A DNA stretch of 64,000 bases from Candidatus Poribacteria bacterium (GTDB lineage: Bacteria > Poribacteria > WGA-4E > PCPOR2b), in assembly GCA_965116925.1 (NCBI GenBank), contig OZ220744.1:1664001-1728000 (forward strand), written 5' to 3'. A program made the translations under genes and the position numbers. The notes beneath the pieces were generated by a model. It did not search any database and was not told the origin of the DNA. It was given only the letters and a program-made list of their open reading frames with translations. Positions 28,986 to 37,510 of this stretch are shown one piece after another. Numbering within the stretch: the first letter of the stretch is position 1; each line of letters begins with the position of its first letter.

Positions 28986-30305
28986 CTACACCTCGTTTCG
29001 GACATCTATCTTGCCTGTTACTGCTTCGGAGATGAGGGATTGGCGGTATTCTTTGAGGAGTTGGATTTTTCGCTGTTCTGTGGATATTAGGTCGTCAATC
29101 TGTTTGGTTTTGAGATCAAGGAAGTTAATGATTTGTGTTTGTTCAGAAAGTGGCGGTTTAACAACAAATAGTTCTCTGATTTTATCAAGGTGTAAATTCG
29201 TTACAGTGGAGGTTTTGCTACTTTCCTTCAATTGTTGGTCAACAACCTGACTTTGGAACAGGTAACTGAAGAAATGCGGTGAGTAAGTTTCTGTTCTAAA
29301 TTTAATCAGACATAGACTTACGAAGATACTGAACTCAAAATCCCAATCAATTACTCGCGTTATACCAATTGTTCCATTTTTAGATAGTAGGAGATTGCCT
29401 TTTTCTGGCTTGCATCTTTGAGTTAATTCCTGATGCAATTCAGGGGTGATATACTTTACTTTGGCAAGGTCAATTGTTTTAGTATGAATATCGGTAACTC
29501 TTAGAAAAGGAATTCCACTGTCTTGATATTCGGGGGTATAGTGAGTACCATCAATGATTTGATGGGTAAGATATTTAACCTTCATTATTGACCAGTCTCT
29601 GGGTATATCCCCAATCCATTCTACCCTCGATGGTTTCATCTCTACATTCGGGTCAAGCCCCTTTGTTACTGCCTGATTTATCAGTGTGGTTCGTTGTTCT
29701 TGCAGCAGTTCTATCCGTCGTTCCTTGATGTGGATGAGCTCGTCGATCTGTCCCGTCTTGCGGTCGAGGAAGTTGGCGATTTGGGTTTGTTCAGAGTGTG
29801 TAGGATAGGCAATTGGAATATTGCCAACTTCTGACTCATTTATGGATGGAACTGTGCCCCCTATCCTGTAGTGTCTCTTAAAATCAACGTTCAACATTGC
29901 ATAATACAAGAATTTAGGGTTTGATTGGTTTGAATATAGTGACATCATGTTGTTGTCTATACATGATTTTTGAGTGAGAATATTCCTTTTGTTCAATAGC
30001 AGTGCGGCACCAACTTTCGGAAATACAATGCTATTTGGTTTATGAAGGATAAACTTGAAATCAGAAACGTCTTGAGAAGATACCGTGTTCTGGGCATACA
30101 ACATCTCTAGCTTGTTTTCAGGTGTATTGGTATCCGCAACTTTGAAGAAAGGTATTTCTAACCCAATCCTGCCTTGTAAATCATGCGAGAATCCATTTCC
30201 TGATTTCATTGAACAGAAATACCTTAATTTTTTTGCAACCCAATGCTTTGGTATTTCCCCAATCCAATCCATGCCACTCGCTTTATATTCAGGATAACGC
30301 TTCAT
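28986..30305 (-). CDS. hsdS: Type I R-M specificity subunit
   Basis: WIGEIP..W / WIGDIP..W, two variable TRDs, two EQTQI.NFLD helical spacers, SLISEAVTGKIDVR end. Confidence 0.95.
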   Translation of the reverse strand: MKRYPEYKASGMDWIGEIPKHWVAKKLRYFCSMKSGNGFSHDLQGRIGLEIPFFKVADTNTPENKLEMLYAQNTVSSQDVSDFKFILHKPNSIVFPKVGAALLLNKRNILTQKSCIDNNMMSLYSNQSNPKFLYYAMLNVDFKRHYRIGGTVPSINESEVGNIPIAYPTHSEQTQIANFLDRKTGQIDELIHIKERRIELLQEQRTTLINQAVTKGLDPNVEMKPSRVEWIGDIPRDWSIMKVKYLTHQIIDGTHYTPEYQDSGIPFLRVTDIHTKTIDLAKVKYITPELHQELTQRCKPEKGNLLLSKNGTIGITRVIDWDFEFSIFVSLCLIKFRTETYSPHFFSYLFQSQVVDQQLKESSKTSTVTNLHLDKIRELFVVKPPLSEQTQIINFLDLKTKQIDDLISTEQRKIQLLKEYRQSLISEAVTGKIDVRNEV

Positions 30306-30431
30306 TACGCTAAACCTCGCTCGTTAAGTCTCCACCTCTTTCGCTGAATTACCTTCTAATTTTCTCACGGTTGCCTTCAAGCGAAGGGAAGTCAACAGTT
30401 GTTATGCCCCGTGAGGATTTTCCTCAGAATC

Positions 30432-30460
30432 ATAATAACATATTTCAATCTCTCTGTCAC
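30432..30460 (-). promoter_or_regulatory. Candidate promoter for hsdS-hsdR
   Basis: Minus strand GTGACA-17 bp-TATTAT with TGn extension. Confidence 0.4.
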
Positions 30461-30555
30461 TGAATATTCCTTACATCCTAAACGACGATGGGTGGGAACA
30501 TGAATGCTCTCTGATTTTAAGTGAAATTAACAGAATGATAAGTTGAGAAATTTAC

Positions 30556-30585
30556 TTGACATTATATTGAATTTAATGTTATAAT
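30556..30585 (+). promoter_or_regulatory. Consensus sigma70 promoter with internal dyad, upstream of the methyltransferase cassette
   Basis: TTGACA-18 bp-TATAAT with TGn extension; ACATTATATT-G-AATTTAATGT near-palindrome. Confidence 0.6.
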
Positions 30586-30904
30586 TTCCCTAAGGATATT
30601 TATAAATAGATACCTTATCTATCCCGGCAGCGTTCCTCACTTCACGTTTGTCGTCCCACCGATCCTATAGATATGGCACCCCGCCCCGATAAAATCAAGG
30701 TTCAAAGCAATTGGAACATAATGTGTAACTCCTATCTAGTGGAGCGAGGGAAACGGTCATTCTATAGACATTGGATTTCTCAGCTTTTTTGGTAATCACC
30801 GTCATTCTATGGTTGAACTGCGTATGTCCTAAGTAAGCGTATTAGAATTAAGTTTCGCACAATCTTCTTTCCTCCCGGTTGAAAACCGGTACATTTAAAA
30901 AGAT

Positions 30905-31978
30905 ATGGAAAACTGCTCAGTCATAGACCTATTCTGCGGTGCGGGTGCCCTCACTCATGGGTTTGTCTTGGAAGGATTTAACGTTGTCGCCGGGCTTGAT
31001 GCAGACAAATCCTGTAAATATGCCTATGAAACCAACAATCACGGGGCATCTTTTATCGAAAAGAGAATTGAGGACGTGACAAGTGTTGAACTTAAACAGT
31101 TGTATCCAGAAGGTCACGTTAAAATACTAGTTGGATGTGCCCCCTGCCAACCCTACTCTCCCTATAACAAAGGCAGAAAAGACAAAGATGAGAAGTGGAA
31201 ATTGCTATCCAACTTTGCCGATCTAATCTCAGAGATTGAACCGGATATTATTTCAATGGAGAATGTACCGGATTTAGTCACGTTCCAAAAGGGCAAGGTT
31301 TATCGGCAATTTGTGAAACGTTTAGAAAAGGATTATACTGTTACCAAACATCCTGAGGTATTCTGTCCAGACTATGGCATCCCTCAACGTCGAAAGCGTC
31401 TAGTTCTCTTTGCTTCTAAATACGGTAAGCTTGAGCTTTTGCCCGCGACGTGCACGCCCGATCAATACAAAACAGTTAAGGACGCTATTGACGGTCTGGA
31501 GGTGCTTAAAGCTGGACAAGTAAGTCAGACGGATCCATATCATAAGGCTTCTCGGTTATCTGAAATGAACTTACGAAGGATCAAAGCGTCGGAGCCCGGG
31601 GGCACCTGGAGAGATTGGCCAGAGGAACTCGTTGCTCCGTGTCATCTAAAAGAAAGCGGTAATACTTATTCAAGTGTTTATGGAAGGATGAAAGGGGATG
31701 AACTATCCCCCACGATCACGACCCAATGCTATGGTTTTGGAAATGGTAGGTTTGGACATCCGGATACTAAACAGAATAGAGCTATTTCGTTAAGAGAGGC
31801 AGCTCGACTCCAAACGTTTCCAGACGATTATAAATTTATTGACCCGAAAACAACACACTATTCTACTACAGTAATTGGTCGATTAATCGGTAATGCAGTG
31901 CCTATTGAACTGGCTCGAGTTATTGCGAGAAGCATCAAACAACACCTTGAAACGTATGCCAACGAATCTAAAGGATAA
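30905..31978 (+). CDS. DNA (cytosine-5)-methyltransferase
   Basis: Motifs in order: DLFCGAG (I), PCQ (IV), ENV (VI), PQRRKR (VIII), REAARLQTFP (IX), IGNAVP (X). Confidence 0.95.
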   Translation: MENCSVIDLFCGAGALTHGFVLEGFNVVAGLDADKSCKYAYETNNHGASFIEKRIEDVTSVELKQLYPEGHVKILVGCAPCQPYSPYNKGRKDKDEKWKLLSNFADLISEIEPDIISMENVPDLVTFQKGKVYRQFVKRLEKDYTVTKHPEVFCPDYGIPQRRKRLVLFASKYGKLELLPATCTPDQYKTVKDAIDGLEVLKAGQVSQTDPYHKASRLSEMNLRRIKASEPGGTWRDWPEELVAPCHLKESGNTYSSVYGRMKGDELSPTITTQCYGFGNGRFGHPDTKQNRAISLREAARLQTFPDDYKFIDPKTTHYSTTVIGRLIGNAVPIELARVIARSIKQHLETYANESKG

Positions 31979-31984
31979 AAAACC

Positions 31985-34171
31985 GTGGAGAAACTTTATT
32001 TCACAGTTGATGCTGAGCTCTTGAGAGAACTTGGGGAAAGGCTTGTTGGTAAACCCCACATCGCATTGGCGGAGTTGATTAAAAACAGTTATGATGCCGA
32101 TGCGACCCAAGTCACGATTAAGTTTTCACCCGATGAAGATTGTATTGAAGTCAATGACAACGGGCATGGCATGACCTTTGAGGAGTTTGAAGGTTACTGG
32201 ATGCGGATTGGCACGACTAACAAAAGGGGAAAGTGGTCAAAAAACTTGGAAAGGCAGCTGACCGGTTCAAAAGGAGTTGGTCGCTTGGCAGTTCAATTTC
32301 TCGCGAACAAGCTAACAATCATTACTGTTCCAAAGGACAATAGTAATGAATGGCTTGAGGCCAAAGTCAATTGGGAAGAAGCGGTAAAAGCTAGGGAACT
32401 CACCAAAGTAAACGTTGAGTACGAGGAGCATAATCCTAATCAAACGTGTCCACCTTTTTCGCACGGTACTTCGATTATCTTGAACGAACTCAAGGATACA
32501 TGGGAAATAGATTCGGTTCGTAAATTAGCTTCGGAGGTCTGGTGGCTTCAACCCCCCTTTGGTTCCGCTTTATCTTATCAGGATGATTCAAAAGATCGCT
32601 TTCAAATCCATTTTGAATCAACACAGCAGGATTATACAGAAGAATTTGAACAACAGATGGAGGCGATAAAGAGCATTTGGATTGCTCGGCTTGTTGGAAA
32701 GAACGTTGACGGACAAGTGACGCTGTCCTTAGAATTTCCTGGTGAACAGCCAATAATCCGTAAATATAATACTGCGAACTTTTCTCATAATAAAGGGAAA
32801 TTCAGCCAAATAGAAAATCTCAAGAACGCATATTTTGAGATTCGGATCTATAATTTGTCGGGAAAGCAGAAATTAGGAATCAAGGTTGGTGAGGCCCGAG
32901 AATATTTTGCAGAACATGGCGGTGTCCATGTTTATGACGGTAACTTTCGCCTCCCCTATTACGGTTTGCCAACAAGCGACTGGCTGAAGTTAGAGTATGA
33001 CCACTCCCATCGCAAAACTGTGTCCGAACTTCTTCCCAAGGAGATCCAAGTTGAAAGAGCTTTAAACGACCTACCGACTCTTGGACGTGTTCTTGGTGTT
33101 GTTAACATCAACACCTCTCAAGAACATAATCTCAAGATCATGATCACGCGAGATCGCTTAACCGAAACAACAGCCTACGATGATCTTGTGTCTATGGTCC
33201 GTTATGCAATTGATTGGTACGCGAACGAAACCGCTCGGCGAAAAATTGAGTTAAAAGAACGAAATTCTTCACCCGAACCCACGTCGCTAAAATTTGAGCA
33301 TGTCGAACAGGTGTTAGAACAGTACGAACCGGAAATTCCCAAAAAAGTTTATGGAGAAATTTATGAAAAAGCCCGGGAGGCAACAATAACGGCGAAAACC
33401 AATCAAGAACTTGTTTTGGAACAGATGGGACTTTTGGCTCCTCTCGCCACAGCTGGTATTTCCGCGTTGTCGTACCAGCATGAATTAAAAAAACAATTTA
33501 CCTACATTGAGGACGCGATTGATAGAATCAAAACTGTAACCTTTCAGTTAGATTTATCTAACGCAGCAAAAGAGCTTGAACTTCAGCAAAATCTGGATTC
33601 GCTGAGTGCCGATTTGTCATCGTGGCTTGATAGAGCCAAGGCGACCCATAGCTTGTTTGACTACATCGCCGATACCGAGAATACTAAGTTGCGGCACAGA
33701 TTTCGTGCCATATCAGTGACTAAAGAGATTGCGGCACAGACCAGTTTCCTAGCAAGAGGTATTGATATTGATTATAGCCAACTTGAGGATCAACTATACC
33801 TTCCTAAGGCATCGTTTGCTGAATGGGGTGCAATCTTTCAAAATGTCTTTACCAACGCTTTCAATGCGATGCTTGATTCGCCGCACCGGTTGCTCCATAT
33901 TAGTTCCCGTTCTCATGAAAAATCTCATGAGATTCTCATTCAGGATACCGGATACGGAATAGACCTCGAAAAAGCGGACAAGTTTTTTGAACCTTTTGAG
34001 AGAGCATCAAAAATTTCTGCCGAAAGACAAGCCCTCGGTTACGGTGGCACTGGACTCGGACTTACGATCGTTCGGTTGCTGGCGGATAATATTGGTTGTC
34101 GTGTTCAATTCATCGCGCCACAAGATGGATTTAATACTGCTTTCTCAATTCGATGGAGGGAAACCAAGTGA
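31985..34171 (+). CDS. GHKL (MORC/Hsp90-like) ATPase fused to a C-terminal histidine kinase
   Basis: N-term ELIKNSYDADA, DNGHGM, GSKGVGRLA, HGT; C-term H-box YQHELKK, N-box QNVFTNAFNA, G1 DTGYGID, F FFEPF, G2 GTGLGL; no TM helices seen. Confidence 0.9.
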   Translation: MEKLYFTVDAELLRELGERLVGKPHIALAELIKNSYDADATQVTIKFSPDEDCIEVNDNGHGMTFEEFEGYWMRIGTTNKRGKWSKNLERQLTGSKGVGRLAVQFLANKLTIITVPKDNSNEWLEAKVNWEEAVKARELTKVNVEYEEHNPNQTCPPFSHGTSIILNELKDTWEIDSVRKLASEVWWLQPPFGSALSYQDDSKDRFQIHFESTQQDYTEEFEQQMEAIKSIWIARLVGKNVDGQVTLSLEFPGEQPIIRKYNTANFSHNKGKFSQIENLKNAYFEIRIYNLSGKQKLGIKVGEAREYFAEHGGVHVYDGNFRLPYYGLPTSDWLKLEYDHSHRKTVSELLPKEIQVERALNDLPTLGRVLGVVNINTSQEHNLKIMITRDRLTETTAYDDLVSMVRYAIDWYANETARRKIELKERNSSPEPTSLKFEHVEQVLEQYEPEIPKKVYGEIYEKAREATITAKTNQELVLEQMGLLAPLATAGISALSYQHELKKQFTYIEDAIDRIKTVTFQLDLSNAAKELELQQNLDSLSADLSSWLDRAKATHSLFDYIADTENTKLRHRFRAISVTKEIAAQTSFLARGIDIDYSQLEDQLYLPKASFAEWGAIFQNVFTNAFNAMLDSPHRLLHISSRSHEKSHEILIQDTGYGIDLEKADKFFEPFERASKISAERQALGYGGTGLGLTIVRLLADNIGCRVQFIAPQDGFNTAFSIRWRETK

Positions 34172-35376
34172 AGAAGATCTTGATATACGACGATGAAGAT
34201 GAACAAACAGAGCGATTTAAGGATAAACTGAATCAGGCTCTTAAAAGAGCAGGGAAGGACCAGGATTTTGTTATCGAAACCCTCTGTGATAAAGCCCTTC
34301 AATGTTCGATAGAAAAGTTGCAAAACAAGCAGGAGGAATTACGAAATAACGGAACCTGTTCTAATGAAACTACGGAATTTGACGAGGCAGCAATTTTCAT
34401 TATTGATTACGATCTGTTGAAGAGTGAAGCGGGAGGATTGCTGACAGGTGAAATCATTGCCTACGTTGTTCGCTGCTTTTCAGAATGCGAATTGATTGTT
34501 GGATTAAATCAATACGGCCATAATACGTTTGATCTGACTTTGCGAGGTCACCCGGAGTCCTTCGCGGATTTGAATTTAGGAGAGGATCAGCTAGGCAATC
34601 CTGATTTGTGGAGAGGTGACTGGGGAGATTCCAGACCAGGTTACAGACCGTGGTATTGGCCAAATTTATTCGATTCTTTGTGCAATTTTGACAGAAAGGT
34701 TGCAGACGTTAGAAAGAATTTAGACAAACCCATTTGTGAGGTCCTCGGTTTCGCCCCAGAATTGTTTCGGCTGCTGCCTCGTGACATTGTTCAATTCATT
34801 GGGAAAGGCGCAGGGAAGGAACCGGCTGAAACGACATTCCGGGAATTTGTAATACATTCTGGCAACGGCTTGAGACCTAAAGATACGACCATTTCCGACA
34901 AGGGTGTTTTGGCAAGAGTTGGTGCTGCCAGAATCTCAAAATGGTTGGAACGATTTGTGTTACCGGAGCAAGACTTCCTCGTGGATGCACCACACCTAGT
35001 CGCAAGATATCCAAGCCTAATTGCTGGTGATAAAAAGAAAATTAAAGATTGGAACAGCACAGCGCAGTTGGTAGATTACCGTGAATTGGGACTTAATACC
35101 GATTTGATTGAATCCTATCGTTTTAAAAAGAACTATTGGGTTTCACGGCCCGTCTGGTTTTGGGATACACTACGCGAATGTGAAGAAATCAAGGAAGTAA
35201 AGGAGCCATGGCTGACTGACAAACCCAGTTGGATCTTTTGCGAGGATGCCTCCCGTTTCCACAAGCGAAAGGATTGCGAAGAGTTCTTTGCTGATACCGA
35301 TTCGCCATTTACCCGAAGGTTTGTTAAAGACTTCAAGAAAGTCGATTACCGTCCTAGGGTGCGATTTTCACTGTAA
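34168..35376 (+). CDS. Receiver-domain protein with long uncharacterised C-terminal region
   Basis: KILIYDD acidic pocket, FIIDYDL phosphoacceptor-like strand; GTG start overlaps the kinase stop (GTGA) with RBS GGAGG. Confidence 0.72.
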   Translation: MKKILIYDDEDEQTERFKDKLNQALKRAGKDQDFVIETLCDKALQCSIEKLQNKQEELRNNGTCSNETTEFDEAAIFIIDYDLLKSEAGGLLTGEIIAYVVRCFSECELIVGLNQYGHNTFDLTLRGHPESFADLNLGEDQLGNPDLWRGDWGDSRPGYRPWYWPNLFDSLCNFDRKVADVRKNLDKPICEVLGFAPELFRLLPRDIVQFIGKGAGKEPAETTFREFVIHSGNGLRPKDTTISDKGVLARVGAARISKWLERFVLPEQDFLVDAPHLVARYPSLIAGDKKKIKDWNSTAQLVDYRELGLNTDLIESYRFKKNYWVSRPVWFWDTLRECEEIKEVKEPWLTDKPSWIFCEDASRFHKRKDCEEFFADTDSPFTRRFVKDFKKVDYRPRVRFSL

Positions 35377-35396
35377 TTTTTTCCGGAAAAAACGTA

Positions 35397-36095
35397 ATGA
35401 CAGAAGCTATTGGTGCGTTGCAAAATCTCCTTGAATCCTTGTTTAGAATCCAAAGTTCTGCGTGGTTTGCAGATCAAGGAAAGTGGAGAGCTTCCCCTCA
35501 AGCATTAGAAACTTACAAACTTATATCCGTGATGTGGGAGCCTATAGATCTTAAAAATGTAAAATATGAATTCAATAAATCCGAATTGGATCTGGATTTT
35601 TCTAACAGGGTTTTGTATCTGCCTCCAATGAAGGAAGATGCTAAGTTTGTTCCAGTCTTATCACTATCTTGCAAATTGAACGAAACCCAAAGCATTGCAA
35701 AATTCAGAGTCATGTTAGTTAGTCTTGACAAGAAAGGGAACCCTTATGGGATTGGGTTTCGTATGGAAACACCAGAAAGTATGAACCAGGGCGCAGAAGC
35801 GTCTGCTAAAATTGGGATTCACGATTTCCACCACGCACAACTTATTCAAAAATTTGGTCAGACGAGACTTAACAAATTGATAATTGATTGCCCTAGTTGG
35901 ATTCCCGAATCACAACCTTCTTTTCCATTGCCCGCCAAGTGTCCGGTGACGTTGTTACTCTGCCTAATTGTAACGTTGTATGGTAGAAAATGTTATAATC
36001 AGTTTCTTGACAATTACCTTGTCAATTATAGAAAATCTGATATTGAACCGTACAAAAAGAAACTAAAACCCTGGATAAACTGGAAACCAAATTAG
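35397..36095 (+). CDS. Hypothetical protein, fourth gene of the cassette
   Basis: 232-aa ORF 20 bp after the previous stop; GFRMETPE...HDFHHAQ motif; no recognised family. Confidence 0.75.
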   Translation: MTEAIGALQNLLESLFRIQSSAWFADQGKWRASPQALETYKLISVMWEPIDLKNVKYEFNKSELDLDFSNRVLYLPPMKEDAKFVPVLSLSCKLNETQSIAKFRVMLVSLDKKGNPYGIGFRMETPESMNQGAEASAKIGIHDFHHAQLIQKFGQTRLNKLIIDCPSWIPESQPSFPLPAKCPVTLLLCLIVTLYGRKCYNQFLDNYLVNYRKSDIEPYKKKLKPWINWKPN

Positions 36096-36127
36096 AAAAA
36101 TAACGCTAGTATTCAGCAAGCCTCCAC

Positions 36128-36351
36128 TCAAGTGTCTCCACGTAACCGTTGAATATCCTCCTCGCAAATAAACTCCACTATTATACCATTTCGACGGAAT
36201 GCGGCCCGGAAATCCCACCACTGGCTATCCACCGCTTGCAGGATAGGTGGTCCCTCTGGATGGGCAACTGCAACGGCGATAAATTTCCGATCATCTGGAT
36301 CGAATCCCTCCAACGCTGGATCGTCTGGGAACTCTTCAAACTCATTTTCTT
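36128..36351 (-). pseudogene. 3' fragment of a PIN-like protein gene truncated at a MITE
   Basis: FPDDPALEGFDPDDRKFIAVA...ILQAVDSQWW resembles the PIN-fold C-terminal half; the apparent N-terminus of the ORF is read from the repeat. Confidence 0.6.
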
Positions 36352-36515
36352 TAGGACTTACGCACTTCAGTAGGGAACGCAGATCTGCGTTCCCTACCAA
36401 CTCCTTGATGGTGTCTCTGCTGTAGTTACCCGATTCATCGGGCATGGAGGAATAGGGTATCCAGCGATAAATCGCTGAACTACAAGACTTTGAGCATTCA
36501 ACTGCGTAACTCCTA
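36352..36515. mobile_element. Family B MITE-like element
   Basis: 13-bp TIRs TAGGACTTACGCA / TGCGTAACTCCTA; colinear with 17782-17944; three internal GTAG-type palindromes. Confidence 0.82.
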
Positions 36516-36526
36516 TTTCTTTTTAC

Positions 36527-36898
36527 CTACATCAGGGACTCAATGGTTACATTGCCGTTGTTTATAACCTCTAACACCAAACGACTTCCATACAGCAATG
36601 ACATACCAATCAGCGGTCCACCGTCTGCTTGCAGCACAAGTACTTCCCGTTCCTGCCCATGCCATAACACTTTTGCAAAATACATATCTAACACTACTAC
36701 ATTTCCGTCACCGAGAGTAACGTGCCGACTGCCAGCTCGCTGAAGGTTGAGGTAATTGATTAAATCATTTGGTAGCGTTAGATAGCCATTGAAGCCTGTA
36801 TCAATGACTGCTTCAACTTTTTCTTTTTTCTGGTTTGAGCCAATAACCTCTAATTCGATGATAGCCTCTCGATTGGCGGTAATTTTTCCAGTTATCAT
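36527..36898 (-). CDS. Clan AA (retropepsin-like) aspartic protease, AF_0612-like
   Basis: AVIDTGFNGYL catalytic DTG and LIGMSLL psi-loop in a single 123-aa domain. Confidence 0.85.
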   Translation of the reverse strand: MITGKITANREAIIELEVIGSNQKKEKVEAVIDTGFNGYLTLPNDLINYLNLQRAGSRHVTLGDGNVVVLDMYFAKVLWHGQEREVLVLQADGGPLIGMSLLYGSRLVLEVINNGNVTIESLM

Positions 36899-37164
36899 TG
36901 TGTTTGGGCCGAAAAGTGTCCACCGATTCGATAAGCGGTTGGAAAGCCGATTTGTAAGCCGTAAACGATAGCGTTGGGATGCTTGGCAAGAAGGCGTTTT
37001 GTGGCTACTAAATCGTCGGTGCTCATTTCGTATTCACCTGTTTCGATGTCAATGACCAAAAACTTGCCTTTGTGTTTCGGTTCAACTTTGTGGCGTATCT
37101 CTCGCCTATAGATTGCTTCCCCCCGTGATGCAACCTCTTTGGAGGTATAATTGGTATATGGCAT
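36895..37164 (-). CDS. Small hypothetical protein (DUF5678-like), coupled to the protease
   Basis: RGEAIY..., GKFLVIDIETGEYE; ATGA overlap with the protease start. Confidence 0.7.
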   Translation of the reverse strand: MPYTNYTSKEVASRGEAIYRREIRHKVEPKHKGKFLVIDIETGEYEMSTDDLVATKRLLAKHPNAIVYGLQIGFPTAYRIGGHFSAQTQ

Positions 37165-37263
37165 ATTGACCCTTTCCTTAACAAAACCGTTTAGGTTGTG
37201 TGGGTAAACCGGTGTCGAGATTCATATTTCAACACATATCAGAAATAACCAAATTCACGAGAC

Positions 37264-37474
37264 ACATGTCGCCCTGCTGGGGCTTGGGGGATGACGATTG
37301 GGCATTGCTATATACATGTTGCCCCTCACGGGGCTTTGATTCTATCAAGGAGGATACTTCGATTGGTCAATTATTTACAATGACTTGACAAAATCTAACA
37401 GAATCTAACACTTTTTACAAAAATTAGGTTTTCTTGTCCAATGGGTTGGGGGACCCAACCCCTACGAATTCAAC
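37264..37474. repeat. 211-bp direct repeat downstream of hsdM
   Basis: Colinear with 39477-39687 from ACATGTCGCC to GGGTTGGGGGACCCAACCCCTACG. Confidence 0.85.
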
Positions 37475-37510
37475 TGGTTACGGCACACGGAGTATGCCTA
37501 TTACTATTAA

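Noticed and set aside
30325..30410. Possible 3' remnant of a small gene upstream of hsdS (…VDFPSL/KATVRKL…)
   Set aside because: Too short and needs a frameshift; cannot be supported by eye.
30905..36095. Ordinary type II R-M system or ordinary two-component system
   Set aside because: No recognisable endonuclease, no membrane sensor and no HTH output domain; the kinase carries an extra GHKL ATPase.
36128..36445. 105-aa ORF as an intact gene
   Set aside because: Its first ~31 codons lie inside the family B element; treated as a pseudogene fragment.
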